DNA of 64,000 bases from the human T2T-CHM13v2.0 reference genome, Homo sapiens, in NCBI RefSeq assembly GCF_009914755.1, contig NC_060926.1; one strand, written 5' to 3'. The position numbers and the translations under genes were made by a program. Under the pieces are notes generated by a model, which saw only the letters and a program-made list of their open reading frames with translations, was not told the origin of the DNA and searched no databases. Shown here one piece after another: positions 13,031 through 26,463 of this stretch. How positions within the stretch are numbered: the stretch's first letter is position 1; the number at the start of each line of letters is the position of its first letter.

Positions 13031-14550
13031 GTCTGTTGAGTACAAAGAACTGCCAACACAACAATGCCATTTTTGGACCTAAATCTGAGGTTGAGTATGA
13101 TGCACTGCTCCAGCTTTTCATGTGGCTGGTTCAGAAACAGACTTTGAAGGAATTCTCCAAAGAGAAATGCCAAGAACTTTTGAATAAAGTCCTGGCATTG
13201 CTGGAGTAAGTGTTAAGTGTTTGGTCTCATAAGATAACTTCTTGGAAGCTGGCAGGCTTGTTTGTTGTACCAGTCTAGTAGGTTTGTCGTAAACCAGGCC
13301 TGGTACATTACAGGTTTGTTTTGTTTCTCACCAAAGTGTCTTCCTCACCCAACGAAAAACTAAAGAGGAGAAAAAAGCACAGTGCAACTAATCTTGTTGT
13401 TTTAGTAAAATTTTGGCGGGAAAAATAAGAGAGAAACTTGGTTTTGAAGTCTGGCATTAAAGATCACAGCAAATGTTTGTGATAGAGTACAGGTTTCTAC
13501 TCCAGTTTCCTTCTGGAAGTTTACTGGATATGTCATTCTTCTGAGCTATAAATGCAATCTCTTATTGTTATTTAATCACAAAAGATACTTTGTTTCCCTA
13601 CCTGGCACTTGAATAAGTTTCCATTTTTCCCCTCTGCATGACTTCGGGTTAAGAACAACAAAAACAACAACAAAAGAAAAGCTTTATTTGAAGAGAATCT
13701 GTCTCTAATCAATCGCAGCTGTAACTTACGACACCACCAATTAAAAAGCCTGGGCTTCGGCTCTGCTCAAATGCAAAGGCCACGTGCTGACCTAGTGATC
13801 AGTCACCTTGGGGGCAGCAAGGGTCGAGGGGCATCTGTTTGTCATTTCCTGTCACAACAGTGCCATTTGCAGGAATGTCCAGGGAGCACACAAGGATGGT
13901 ATGGGCATCCTTCATCAGACATCTCCTCTGATCGGTTTTTGGAGAGAGGCCCCAGGAAAGAAAGTGATTGCTTGGTGCTGAGCTGTGGGGCTCTGTTGCA
14001 GGAACAGCATGTGATCCAGGGGCTAGGCTATCCTTGGAGAAGCCCGTGTGTTTCCTCAGTGAAGATCAAAAGCAAGAACAGAGTCTACAGAAAAATACAG
14101 TTCAAGAGACCTATGGAGCTCCCAGTTGCCATGGTGTGAGGAATAGATGAACAGAAATCTAGAATTTGCGTAGGTTAGATGCTTTCAGCAGAAAGAGCTA
14201 TGTAAATATCTAGAGGAATAAATGAATTTACTTCCAGGTTACTTTTTTGTTATGGGCTAAGGTCTTCAAAGGATGGGGTTGATAATGAGATCTGCCTGAT
14301 GTAGGAAACAGACTGAGATAATTGCTGTAAGCCACCAGAGCTTGGCACCTAATAAATGATAGATAAAATTATAAAAATAATGACCATCATTAGTATTAAT
14401 AGCTCAGAGGCTATTACATATCCCTGTACATATCCAAAGTAAAGAGGAGAACAAGGTAAATATGGAGATGACTTAGATCTTCAAGCTAATTGTGTCTCAG
14501 TCACCTATTTTAGGCAAACTGTGAATGATCCAGATAATTCTCTCTGCCCT

Positions 14551-14710
14551 TGTATTAGTTTCTTGTGGCTGCTGTGACACATTACCACAAAGTAGGTGGC
14601 TTAAAACAACGGACATTTATTCTCTCACAGTTTTGGAGGCGTGAGGTCTGAAATCAAGGTGTCAGTGGGGTTGCGTGCCCTCCATTCATCCCTAGAACAA
14701 ATCCTGTCTC
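14551..14710 (-). mobile_element. MLT1 LTR fragment
   Basis: tgtattagtttc...ggtggcttaaaacaac...tctcacagttttggaggc...gaaatcaaggtgtcag. Confidence 0.8.
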
Positions 14711-16059
14711 GGTGGCCTGTGTCTTCACTGGCAGAATAGAAGGCTGGGACCAGGGTGGTGATACCGGCAGGATGTCCTGACAACGGCATTCCCTTGTGTT
14801 TGTTTATACTTAAAACAACTCTTCCCTGTGGTCCAGGAAGGGTGAATGGAGAGGCTCTGAGTGGAGATGACAGGGCTTGGTCACAGATTGCGTGTAGGGT
14901 TGGAGGCCGAGAGTGGCCGATGATGACGGATTTCTTGCTTCGGAGACTGGTAGTGTTACTGACAGATGTGAGGAAGCCGGGAAGGTGACCCATGCTGAGT
15001 GGGCAGCTGGTGCATTTGCTTTTAAAGAGTAGATTCTGGCCTCATTAAAGTGTAGACAGCTCCTTCCTTCTCCATAGAGTCACTGCAACTTCATGTCACC
15101 AAGCCCAGTTCTACATTTCAGCTTTTCTCTTGCCTTGTCTGTGTGTGTGTGTTTTGGGGGAAGGGCAGGTAACATGTCAGCTTCACATCCCAGGATGTCA
15201 GTAGTCGGAAAATAAAAGCTCCCTGAGGCCTCTTTTTTTGATAGGTCTGCAGAACAATTTTTACCAACTATTTGTAAACGATGTGTGTCACTTCACATGA
15301 TTTATTATTTTCAAAGGTAGGAAAATATGCAACTTCTTATGCTTAGTCAATAATTGGTTAATAATAAATTCCACCAAAGAACTTCTGTAATTTTCCAAGT
15401 ACCAGATGTTTTGCTTCTCAAATATCTGTTTTTCCCAGTCGTTGACTGCTATTCGACCGTTTAACTGGTTAATATGAGCACCAAGATAAATAAATGGAGA
15501 CCTTTTAACCCACAGAGTTTGAGTGACAGCTTGGACTAAACCACCAGTCTCCTGCTATAAGAAAACACAAAGGCAACCCTTAACAAAGTTAGACACAGAC
15601 GTGTTTTGAAGGTCAGGTAATTTATTTTTTTGAGAGAGAGGAAGGGTAAAGAATTAAATTTTATTAATTATATGTATATTTTTAGTCTCAGGAAGAAATA
15701 TCCATTTAGTTTTGCAATACTAAGGAACTACACAGAATGACTCAAAGTATTATATATTACAGAACAGGTCTAGACATTGTGGGTTTTCTAAATTAAAGTT
15801 GTTTTTCTCTACCTCCTGGGTCTTTGTGTTCTGTCACAAAAATGTTTTTCACTACAATGATTTTGTACCATTTCGGTACTTCTGATCAGATGTAAACACC
15901 TGAAAAAAATGTATAATGTTTTTGTTCCTTCAATATGATTTAGCCTTGAATTGGAAACACTGTCACATGAATTTATGGTTTGTACAATCCAGGAAAATGA
16001 AATACTAAAATATCTTGTGGTTTTGCAAACTGCAGTTCAAACATGCACACATGCCCAGG

Positions 16060-16090
16060 CACACACATGTATGCACACACATATATATAC

Positions 16091-16130
<40 letters not shown>

Positions 16131-16152
16131 CACACACGTATGCACATACACA
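16060..16152. repeat. (TA)n microsatellite with CA flanks
   Basis: Direct inspection. Confidence 0.95.
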
Positions 16153-18009
16153 ATATCTGAGAAGAAACTGTCCAGTCAGAAGACTGAAGAGTAGAAGTAG
16201 AATCAAAACAGCAGGCAACCTGGAGAAAGCTCCCAGAGACAGGTTGCCTCATCAGTAAAACACTTTCTTGTCACTTCCTCAGCTCAATATTGAATTGCAC
16301 CAGCATTCTCATGAGATTGTATATTAATTTAATAGACATTTCTGTTGGAAATATTTCTCCCCCAGTCATGCAGATTTTATTTCTCTTTGCCTTATCATTC
16401 CTCCTTTCCCAAAGTGAGTCATTAGAAACGTAGGATGTGATCCCACACTTGGTTGCGTTGAAGTGTAAGTCATTACTAGATATTAAAGGTTCTTAGTCCT
16501 GAAAGGAGATCCTCTTCCCAGGTGGGGAAGAGGAGGGATGGGTCAAAATCTGGGGGTGTGTCTGGTTTGTCTGTTTACACCCTGGCACTCCCTCAACAGG
16601 GAAAATCACTCAGGAGCCCAATTAAGGGGCAGGTCTGCTGGGCAATTGCTCAGAAGTGTTAAGACGTCACTGGAAAATTGGAAACAGCCTGTCAATTAAT
16701 TCAGGTTATTACACTTAACCAGAGAAGTAGGCAGTACCTCCAAATGGAACTTCAAAAATGAAACACTCCTTTCTAATGCCTTCTCTACCCCACTAAATAA
16801 ATACTGGATTTAAAGAATATCAATCTGAAGTGACCCCCCAATTTTTGGGCTGCCTGGTGCACCCAAATGCCTAGAGACGACTCTGTGGCCAGGGCCACTC
16901 GGTGCGGTCACTCACTTTTCTGACCACTGCCTGTCACAAGTGATGGGCAGCCCAGGAGTGCCCAGAGTAGGAGACATGGCAGCACAGCACTTCTTGGTCG
17001 TGTCCATAATGAACTCTTGGCCCTAATCCCTGCCTCCCACAAATGTTAGTCCAGTCCATCTGCAATTATTTCCCCATTAAATAACAATGACTAATATTAT
17101 TATTTCTTGCAAATGGATTTCCTGTTTCTGCCTGAAATAAGTGACTTGCAAAGTCATAGTCTGTGTTCACAACATTGGCCTTGCTCCTGGCTTCTCTCTC
17201 CCCACCTCTATTAATCCCATCCTCCCATCCTCCAGCCCCACCCTCCCAATTTCTCCCTGTGCCCACCTCACTCCACTACCTGGTGCCAGCCTCCACAGAT
17301 GCCCTGCCAGTGGGTAGGATGAGCGTGGGTGTGGAATGGAGCATGGCTGGCTGACTTCAGTCAGGATTAGTTTTTAAAAGAACTATATCCAGACCTTAAT
17401 AAGAAGGTGTTAGAGTGAAAAAAAATTTCCATTGTAAAAGAAGCTTAGAAAACAAACAGTTCCAAATTAGCCACAATAAAAGGATGCGTTATACATGATT
17501 ATAGAATGTCTGGTAAGTTACAGACAAGTTTGACCTGCTCCGGAAAACTTGAAAGGTTCTGCTGTGCAGAGAGTGAGGTGGGAGTCTTTGTGTTAGAACC
17601 TCTACCTCTCTCAGCTTCAAGTCAAGTTTCAAGCATCATATCCCAGATCACAGAGAGATTTGAGATTGTAAATGGTCACAACTCTCCTAAAAATGTTGCC
17701 TGATGATAAACTTACAAGAGTTACCTCTAATTTGTACATTTATATATTCCTAGGAAACTCTTTCTCCAAAGCAAAAATTCCCACTTTATTTTATTGGTGT
17801 ATTTTCAGGTGGGTAGCAGACTTATGAATAGAAGGGAATAAACCATTATTGAGCTATTATGACTCAGGACTCAGGAGGATATTGAGCTATGATGATAGCT
17901 CAAATTTATGTATATTTATAAATATATAAACTCCTGAGTCATAACAGTTCAATATCATAGATATGTATCTTTATTTTTTATCAAAATATCAAAAGTTTTT
18001 ATGGACAAA

Positions 18010-18457
18010 TATTAGGATTAGCGTTAAACTGCTATTACAAATAAATCCCTGAATTTCAGTAGCTTAACACAATAATTTTCCTTTACAACATAGCTCAGTT
18101 TGGTTTCAGGACAATGATATCAAGGATGGGGTGAGTGACAGAGGTGGGGCCTCTGTTCCACATGGAGATTCAGGGACCCAGGCTGATGGAAGACTTCTAC
18201 AACATACAGCTTCCAAGTATACCTCTGATGTCAACATCCAGAGGGAGGGAGTGAAAAGAGCATGGAGAAGTGAGTTTGGGAAGTTTTATAATTCTGGCTT
18301 AGAAGTTACATGTGATTATTTCTGTACCCATTTCGTTGACTAGAACTGAGTCTCAGAGACACCCAGGACTTCAGGGTTGACTGGTAAATGTAGCCTAGCT
18401 GAAAGTCAGGAAGAAAAGGAATGGAATGTCTGATGGATAGCTTGCGGTCTTTGTCAC
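18010..18457 (-). mobile_element. Old MLT1 LTR
   Basis: ttcagtagcttaacacaa...cagggacccaggctgatgga...aaatgtagcctagctg...tctttgtcaca. Confidence 0.6.
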
Positions 18458-18588
18458 AGACACCAGACTATAGAAAGTATGATTCCCATTTAACAGGTAA
18501 GGAAGCTATAACTTGTCCAAGATAACTCAGCTAGGAAGAGAAAGGATTTGGGGGTACAGGGAGCCCTGGGACCTCCAAAAATTAATGA

Positions 18589-18932
<344 letters not shown>

Positions 18933-19414
18933 AGAGCATTGTGCCTTTACTTCACAATGATAGTAAAATGTATATTTTATTATCCTAGAAGAGCTAGGCA
19001 AGAAAACTGAGGCTCAGTGTTGTTCTGTGTGTCCAACAAGAACAAGGTTGGACTAGGATGCAAATGAATTTCTTTCAGACTCAATAACCTATCTTTGGCC
19101 AAACTTCTATAATGCTTCTTACCTTGTCTCCTCAGATTCAGCCCTGAATTTGTAATAGCAACTGGATGGAGGTTTGGGGAGGATTAGGTCAACTAGGTTA
19201 GCTATAAGTACATTTTGAGTACAGTTTGTCATAATTAAGTACAACTTTCTTCCTTCCACTGTTTTAAGAAACAATCCTCCCATTGATTCATGCAACTTTG
19301 ATTGGAAGTCTCAGTGGCAAAACGTGCATTTAAATTGTGTAAATATTACGGTACTACTTTCCCCCACATATTTGCAGTCGTTATCCTGCAAAAAATGGGG
19401 GATGGGTGTTATCA

Positions 19415-19620
19415 TCATAAACAAATGTTTATTGAGCACCTTATTCCAGAGGAGCTCATGATGCTGGGAAATGGGAAAGCATACCATAGGATCCCTGTTC
19501 TCCCCAGACTTACAGAGGGACTGGGGAGATGGAGCATGGATATATAAAAAGATAAATGATAACACAGGGTGGAGTTTGCTAGGAGCCAAAGGACCAGTGC
19601 CAATAATAAGTGCTATAGGA
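19415..19620 (-). mobile_element. L2 3' end
   Basis: aacaaatgtttattgagcacc...ataagtgctatagg. Confidence 0.55.
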
Positions 19621-20557
19621 TGGCTGGGAGATGGTTTTTGAGCAGCTGCTAATGTGCTGGCCTCAGTCCTGGGTGATTTCATGTTATCACATGAATCCTC
19701 CAGGAACTCAGTGGTGGGAGTAATCGCTGTGGATTGGGATGGCCAGAACGTCTTCAGAGGGGAGGTAAGACTTGAGCTAAGTTGAATTATATGGTGATAT
19801 TTCTCAACAGTAATGAAGGCTGGCTGAGCAAAAACCCAGAGCATAATTTCTCACTGGCTGGCTGCTCCAGATAGTAATAGCTTCAGTGCCCTTCAGAGTG
19901 GAATTTTCCTGAGCCTGTGAAGATGTGTGAGGTGTACCCGGCAGGTAAGCATTCTTCCATTTGCCTTCCACCCGTTGCTTTAATTAAATGCACATTGCTT
20001 CTCCTGGTTAGTTCTTCCAAGCCTCCAGAAGTTGTGGAATGTCACTGCAGCAGCTGAAATGGCAGTTCACTGAGTGGAAATGATGCAGACAGGGAAAGGG
20101 ATCTTTTAAGTCTTTTTTTTTTTCACATTGGTGATGGGGGTGGAGGCAAGGAGAAGGTGGGGTTGGGCCATCGGACCAAGGGAAAGAATGATTCTGGGGA
20201 AGATTTCCTCTAATTTCTGAGTCCTTTTCTGATGTTATGGCTGCTGCTTTTTTTTTTATATATATATAGAATTCAGTTAGATTTGTGGCAGGAGGCTCCT
20301 AGATTTACACTCTTCCTCCAGGAATTAGGGAATCACAGAAAAAATAGCTACAGTTATGGAGGGCTTTCTATAAGTTTAAACCCTCCATATGGATTATTTT
20401 ATTTAATCCTTACAATATGCAGGTACATTTTACTGATGAGGAAATAGAAGCCTAGAGAGGTTAAACAAGTTGCTCGAGATTATATTGCTACTAAGAGGTT
20501 CAAAGAAGAATTGGAATTTTCAATTTTCTTTAAACTTTAAAAAATGTAACAACTTTG

Positions 20558-20885
<328 letters not shown>

Positions 20886-21520
20886 GTAACAACTCTATTA
20901 AGACATAACTCATATACATTACAATTCACTCCTTTAAAGGATATAATTCAATGGTTTTTAGCATATTCAGGTATGCAACTGTTACCACAATTTTTAGAAA
21001 ATTCTCATCTCCCCCAAAAGAAACTCTGTACCCATAGCAGCCACTCCCTAGTTCTCCCCAACCCCTTGCTCCCCTTCAGCCCTAGACAACCACTAATAAA
21101 CTTTCTGCCTATGTGAGTTTGCCTATTTCATATGAATGGAATAATACAACAGGCAGCCCTTTGTCACTGGCTTCTTTCACTTAGCATAATGCTTTCAAAG
21201 TTCATCCATATTACAGCATGTGTCTGTACTTCATTTCTTACTATGGCTGAATATTCTATTGTATGGCTATACCACATGTTACTTAACCATTCATCAGTTG
21301 ATGGAAATTTATGTTGTTTTCATTTTTTTGCTATTATGAATAATGCTGCTATGAATATTTATGTATTTTTTTTTCTGTAGGCGTATGTTTTTATTTCTCC
21401 TGGGTTATACCTAGGAATGGACTTGCTGGATCATAGGGTAACTCTATGTTTAACCTTTTGAAGAACTGACAGATTATTTTTCAAAGTGACCGCACCATTA
21501 TAGATTTCTACCAGCATAGA
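20886..21520 (-). mobile_element. L1MB-like 3' region
   Basis: caattcactcctttaaag...ggcttctttcacttagcataatg...gctggatcatagggtaactctatg. Confidence 0.85.
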
Positions 21521-21533
21521 ATCTTCCATGTAA

Positions 21534-21853
<320 letters not shown>

Positions 21854-22316
21854 GTTGGTCACTTTTTATGCACACAAAATATCCATTAGCTTACTATGGC
21901 TCTAATAAAAACCATTGAGAAACTGGAGAATTTTCTTGATGAGGAACCTTAAAGTCGAACTCCAGGTTTGGAAGCTTCAGTGCTTTTTGATTTGAAGATG
22001 GTAATTGAGCTAAGTGCTGATGAGGTAAATGATGAGAGCTGCCATATTTGTATGTCCCTTCATTTCCTGAGGCATTAGGGAGATTTTCTGCATATTTCTA
22101 GAACTGAGTGGTTTTTGGCAGTACATGTGCAGGTGTGGCAATAGCTCAGGATTGTCTATTATTCTGAAAAGCCATTGACATTTGCTGAATGACAACACAC
22201 AAAAGACGCATAATATCTATGCATATGTCATGCTGATCTCTTGAAATGTTAGGTACTCTGGGCATCAATTTACTGGGCATCAAATTTACATCAAATTCAC
22301 ATAAACCCAAGGCCAT

Positions 22317-22318
<2 letters not shown>

Positions 22319-22354
<36 letters not shown>

Positions 22355-22424
22355 AGACGGAGTCTCGCTCTGTCGCCCAGGCTGGAGTGCAGTGGCGGGA
22401 TCTCGGCTCACTGCAAGCTCCGCC
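22319..22424 (-). mobile_element. Severely 5'-truncated AluYa5-type element
   Basis: T35 plus 71 bp of Alu 3' end with the Ya5 GAGATCCCGCC variant; perfect TSD aaggccattctttt. Confidence 0.9.
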
Positions 22425-22579
22425 AAGGCCATTCTTTTAAGAGGAAATAGGAGAAAGGAAACCCGGAAAGTAATTCTTTTTTGCTCTTTGCAACAGATAT
22501 GTGAAAGGGGCCTAAAAGGTGATTTTCAACAAGGTATACGTGAATGAGTCTTGAGCCTTTCTGTCTGGGAATGGAGGAG

Positions 22580-22980
22580 CATTTGCTGAGTGTTTATTCT
22601 GAGTGCACTGGGCGGATGTGAGAAGGGAATAAGCCATGGTCTCTTGCCTCTGGCAGTTTCTAGCCTGTGTTACCACATAATAACTCAATGCTAAGCTGTG
22701 ACTGTAAGTGCTACAGGGATCGAGGGAAGGGAGAGGTGGAGTGTGCAGCAGTGGCAGCTAAGAAAGCTTACACAGGAAATGGAACCAACCTTACAGAAAG
22801 CCAAGCCTAGAACCGAGTTAGGCTGGAAGGAATGGTGAGACTATTCCAGGTGGGGTCAGTGGTACCAACATGACAGAAGCCACAATGTATTTAGGGGTCA
22901 ATGGACAGATGGGCCTGGCTGGAGCAGAAGATATATGGGAAACTTGGAGTGAGGAAAGGTTAGAAAGCAGAATAGCATCA
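22580..22980 (-). mobile_element. L2 fragment
   Basis: gcatttgctgagtg...taagtgctacaggga...attccaggtgggg...ctggctggagcaga. Confidence 0.55.
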
Positions 22981-23119
22981 TGGAAGGAGCATGGGACAGG
23001 GAATCTGGACATATGGATTCTGCTTTTAGTTTTGCTACTAACTAGTTTTCGATGCAGGCTCTGTGATTTAGTATGGGGCTTCTGATTCTTAATCTATAGA
23101 CTATGGGAGCTGAACTAGT

Positions 23120-23408
23120 CCTAGTTCTCAAATCTGATCTTATATGACAATTCCCCGAGTGTTTATTTAAAATACAGACTCCTGGGTCCATCCTGTGAAT
23201 GTCATGTTTCCGTAGATATGAAGTGTGGTCCCAGGGTCATGGTTCTCTTGCTGCACAGTGGAATTATTTGACTTGTTTTTAAAACTAGGGATGCCTCAGT
23301 TCCAACTCCAGAGATTCTGATTCGATGGGTCTTGGGAGCAATGTAGGCTTTGGGAATTTGCAAGGCTCACCAAGTGATTCCCAGGGGCAGCTAGGCTGAG
23401 AAACACTT
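23120..23408. mobile_element. MER5-family (hAT-Charlie) fragments
   Basis: gttctcaaa...aaaatacagactcctgggtcc; ccagagattctgattc...caagtgattc...gagaaacact. Confidence 0.6.
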
Positions 23409-23971
23409 ATCTCTGGTGGATTTGGTGCCCCTGGTTGATTCCAAAGTACTGGAGGCCTGGCTGGAGACTCCATGGGAATGGAAGGTCTCCAGATCTAATC
23501 CTAACTCTGAAGGACTTTGATTCTGTAAAAAGCGTGCTGAAATCAGGTGGTGAAGGGCCTTAAATGTTAGAATGATTTATATCACATCTTGTTTTATAGG
23601 GAGCAGGAAACAAGTAAGATGTTTGAGCTGAAGAGTAGTTTAACATGTCTCACCTTTGTACATTTCATTGTTTTAGGGCATGAGAGCCACCACCCAGGAA
23701 GAAAAGAGAAAACTGCCTCTTCATTCATGCGTTTATCTGGAAAGGGTGACCACTGCCAATTCCGTCGTGTGACAGGATCTAGTGTCTCTGCACAGCATAA
23801 ACAGAAACAGTCAAGGGGGAGAGGTGGAATACAACCCGAGGCCGCAGGGTGGTATGGTGTGGTTGTCACCGAAGTGCAGGCATCCTTAACCAAAGGACAG
23901 GCCACACTGGTGGGCTGGAGAGGACTGCAGGCAGGGTGGATTTAAAATTATTTTTTAAATTACATCCTCTT

Positions 23972-24318
<347 letters not shown>

Positions 24319-24399
24319 TCAGATGAATCAAGGCAAGCCTCAGTTAATCAGTAGCATGGTTCATGGTTTTAATGGTTCTCTGGTATTTGCCAATCTTCC

Positions 24400-24665
24400 T
24401 TTTTTTTTTTTTTTTTTTTTGAGATGGAGTCTTGCTCTGTCACCCAGGCTGGAGCGCAGTGGTGCAATATCGGCTCACTGCAACCTTGGCCTCCAAGGTT
24501 CAAACGATTCTCCTGCCTCATCCTCCAGAGTATCTAGGAATACAGGTGCATGCCACCATGCCTGGCTAATTTTTGTATTTTTAGTAGAGATGGGGGTTTC
24601 ACCATGTTGGCCAGGCTGGTCTTGAACTCCTGACCTCAAGTGATCCACCCGCCTCGGCCTACCAA
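24400..24665 (-). mobile_element. AluSx-type element, 5'-truncated
   Basis: T21 tail, cctgacctcaagtgatccacc; TSD caatcttcc. Confidence 0.93.
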
Positions 24666-25691
24666 CAATCTTCCCTTTTGACAAAGAAGCAGCAGGATCC
24701 CCAGGCTTAGAGCCCCAGGTGGCTAACATTATCTAGTTAGAATTTAGTAATAGGACATCCCCTGCCTTGTCTAAATCCATCTGGCCCTTCCCCTCTGGGG
24801 GGTTCAGATAGGGAGGATTGGGACCTTCTATAAATTTGCTTCTTGAATAAACTTGACTGAAAACGTTAGTTTTAAGAGAAGGTTAATAATAGCACAGATG
24901 GAAAGGGGAGGCAGAAGGAAAATGGATCTGTGACAGGCTGTACAAATAAATGACCCTCAGGAAACACTGGTGGGGTCTCTCCAGAATCTGGACTAGAAGT
25001 CGGAAACCCCGGTCAAGGTTCCCAGTGCTGGTGGGCTCCTCCTGTCTCTAGACTATCACAATAACTGTTGGGGTCTCCACCTAACAATCTTTAAATTTCT
25101 TTTCAGGTCTGAAATACTACATTTCCATGACAATATTTCTAAAATACAACCCCTTCCCGGAAGACTGATCATATCTGGTTATTGACAAGGGGTCATGCTG
25201 CCACCCTCTCTGCTGCCACTGGCTGCTGGGAGCTTGTGGGCAGCTCCCAGGGACTAACCCTGGCATTATTTCTGTGGGACCACCAGCTCCAGATTTCCTC
25301 AGAAATTGGAGGGCAAAAACATTTTAAGGAATGTGGGCCCTGCAGGCTAAAACATCAAAATATTTTAAGAGCAAAACAAAACAAAACGAAATGAAACAAA
25401 ACAAAGCTAGTGAAAACCAAAACAAACCAAATAGCCTTGTAGTTAACTGAATTTTCTCCACTTTTTCAATTTTTTTTTTTTTTTTTTTTTGGTGGGGGAA
25501 TGTTTTTCTTTCCTAAAAATGTTTTGTCAGGGAACAGATGAGGTATTCTATTAAAATGCATTTGCTGCCACTATAGGGATGCTTCATAGATCAACATGAG
25601 AAATTCCTCCCCAAACTCCTCCCCCCACCAAAAAAAAGTGTCAACAAGTATCGTTCCATAGATGATTTGGGGGAAGTTTTGTGGTTCTCTA

Positions 25692-25866
25692 ATCTGTGAT
25701 TTTCAAATGGTGGTGTGTATAAGAATCACCTGGAAAGCTTGCTAAACACGAAGATCCTTGTCTCAGCCTCAGTAATCTGATTGCACAGGTGTGGGACAGG
25801 GTCCGGGAGCGTGGGTCTTTTATGAGGTTCCCAGGTGGTTTTGATACTGATGGTTTAAGACCACCA
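25692..25866. mobile_element. MER5A
   Basis: gattttcaaa...agaatcacctggaaagcttgctaaa...cccaggtggttttgat...tttaagaccac. Confidence 0.75.
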
Positions 25867-26109
25867 TCCAGGATCCTGCACTGAGGGAAGGTAGGTGATG
25901 CAGTCTCTATCCAGGCCCATCCTGAGGGTGGTGGCATGAACCTCCACCCCTGCCCAATTTTCACTCAGGTTTCAGATTAATATCAAGGGCAACCCTGATG
26001 TGATCAGTATCTCAACAACAGAGGGTAGGATACAATTTAAGGGCATAGTTGGAGAAGTTCAAAAATCTATCTTTAAATCCCTGTTTGCTAGCTTTGTGAC
26101 ATTGGACAG

Positions 26110-26463
26110 TAATATGGTTAGGCTTTGTGTCCCCACCCAAATTTCATCTTGAATTGCAATCCTCATAATTCCCACAATCCGCATGTGCCAAGGGAGAGAC
26201 CTGGTGGAAGTAATTGAATCATGGGGGCAGTTTCCCCCGTGCTGTTCTCGTGTTAGTGAGTTCTTACGAGATCTGATGGTTTTATAAGGGGCTCTTCCCC
26301 GGCTTCACTTGGCACTTCTTCCTGCTGCCTTGTGAAGAAGGTGCTTTGCTTCCCCTTCTCGTTCCACCGTGATTGTAAGTTCCCTGCGGCCTGCCCATCC
26401 ATGCTGAACTGTGAGTCAATTAAAGCTCTTTCCTTTGTAACAGCATGAAAACAGACTAATATA
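26110..26463 (+). mobile_element. THE1D-like solo LTR inside a MIR
   Basis: taatatggttaggctttgtgtccccacccaaat...cagcatgaaaacagactaatata; TSD gacag/ggcag. Confidence 0.92.

Noticed and set aside
19871-19950. Candidate small exon ending CAG|gtaagc; also an isolated donor at 29984 and acceptor at 62342
   Set aside because: Such sites are common by chance and cannot be linked without transcript data.
25374-25490. (CAAAA)n run and free-standing T21 tract as orphan retro-tails
   Set aside because: No attached element body or TSD; ordinary simple repeats.
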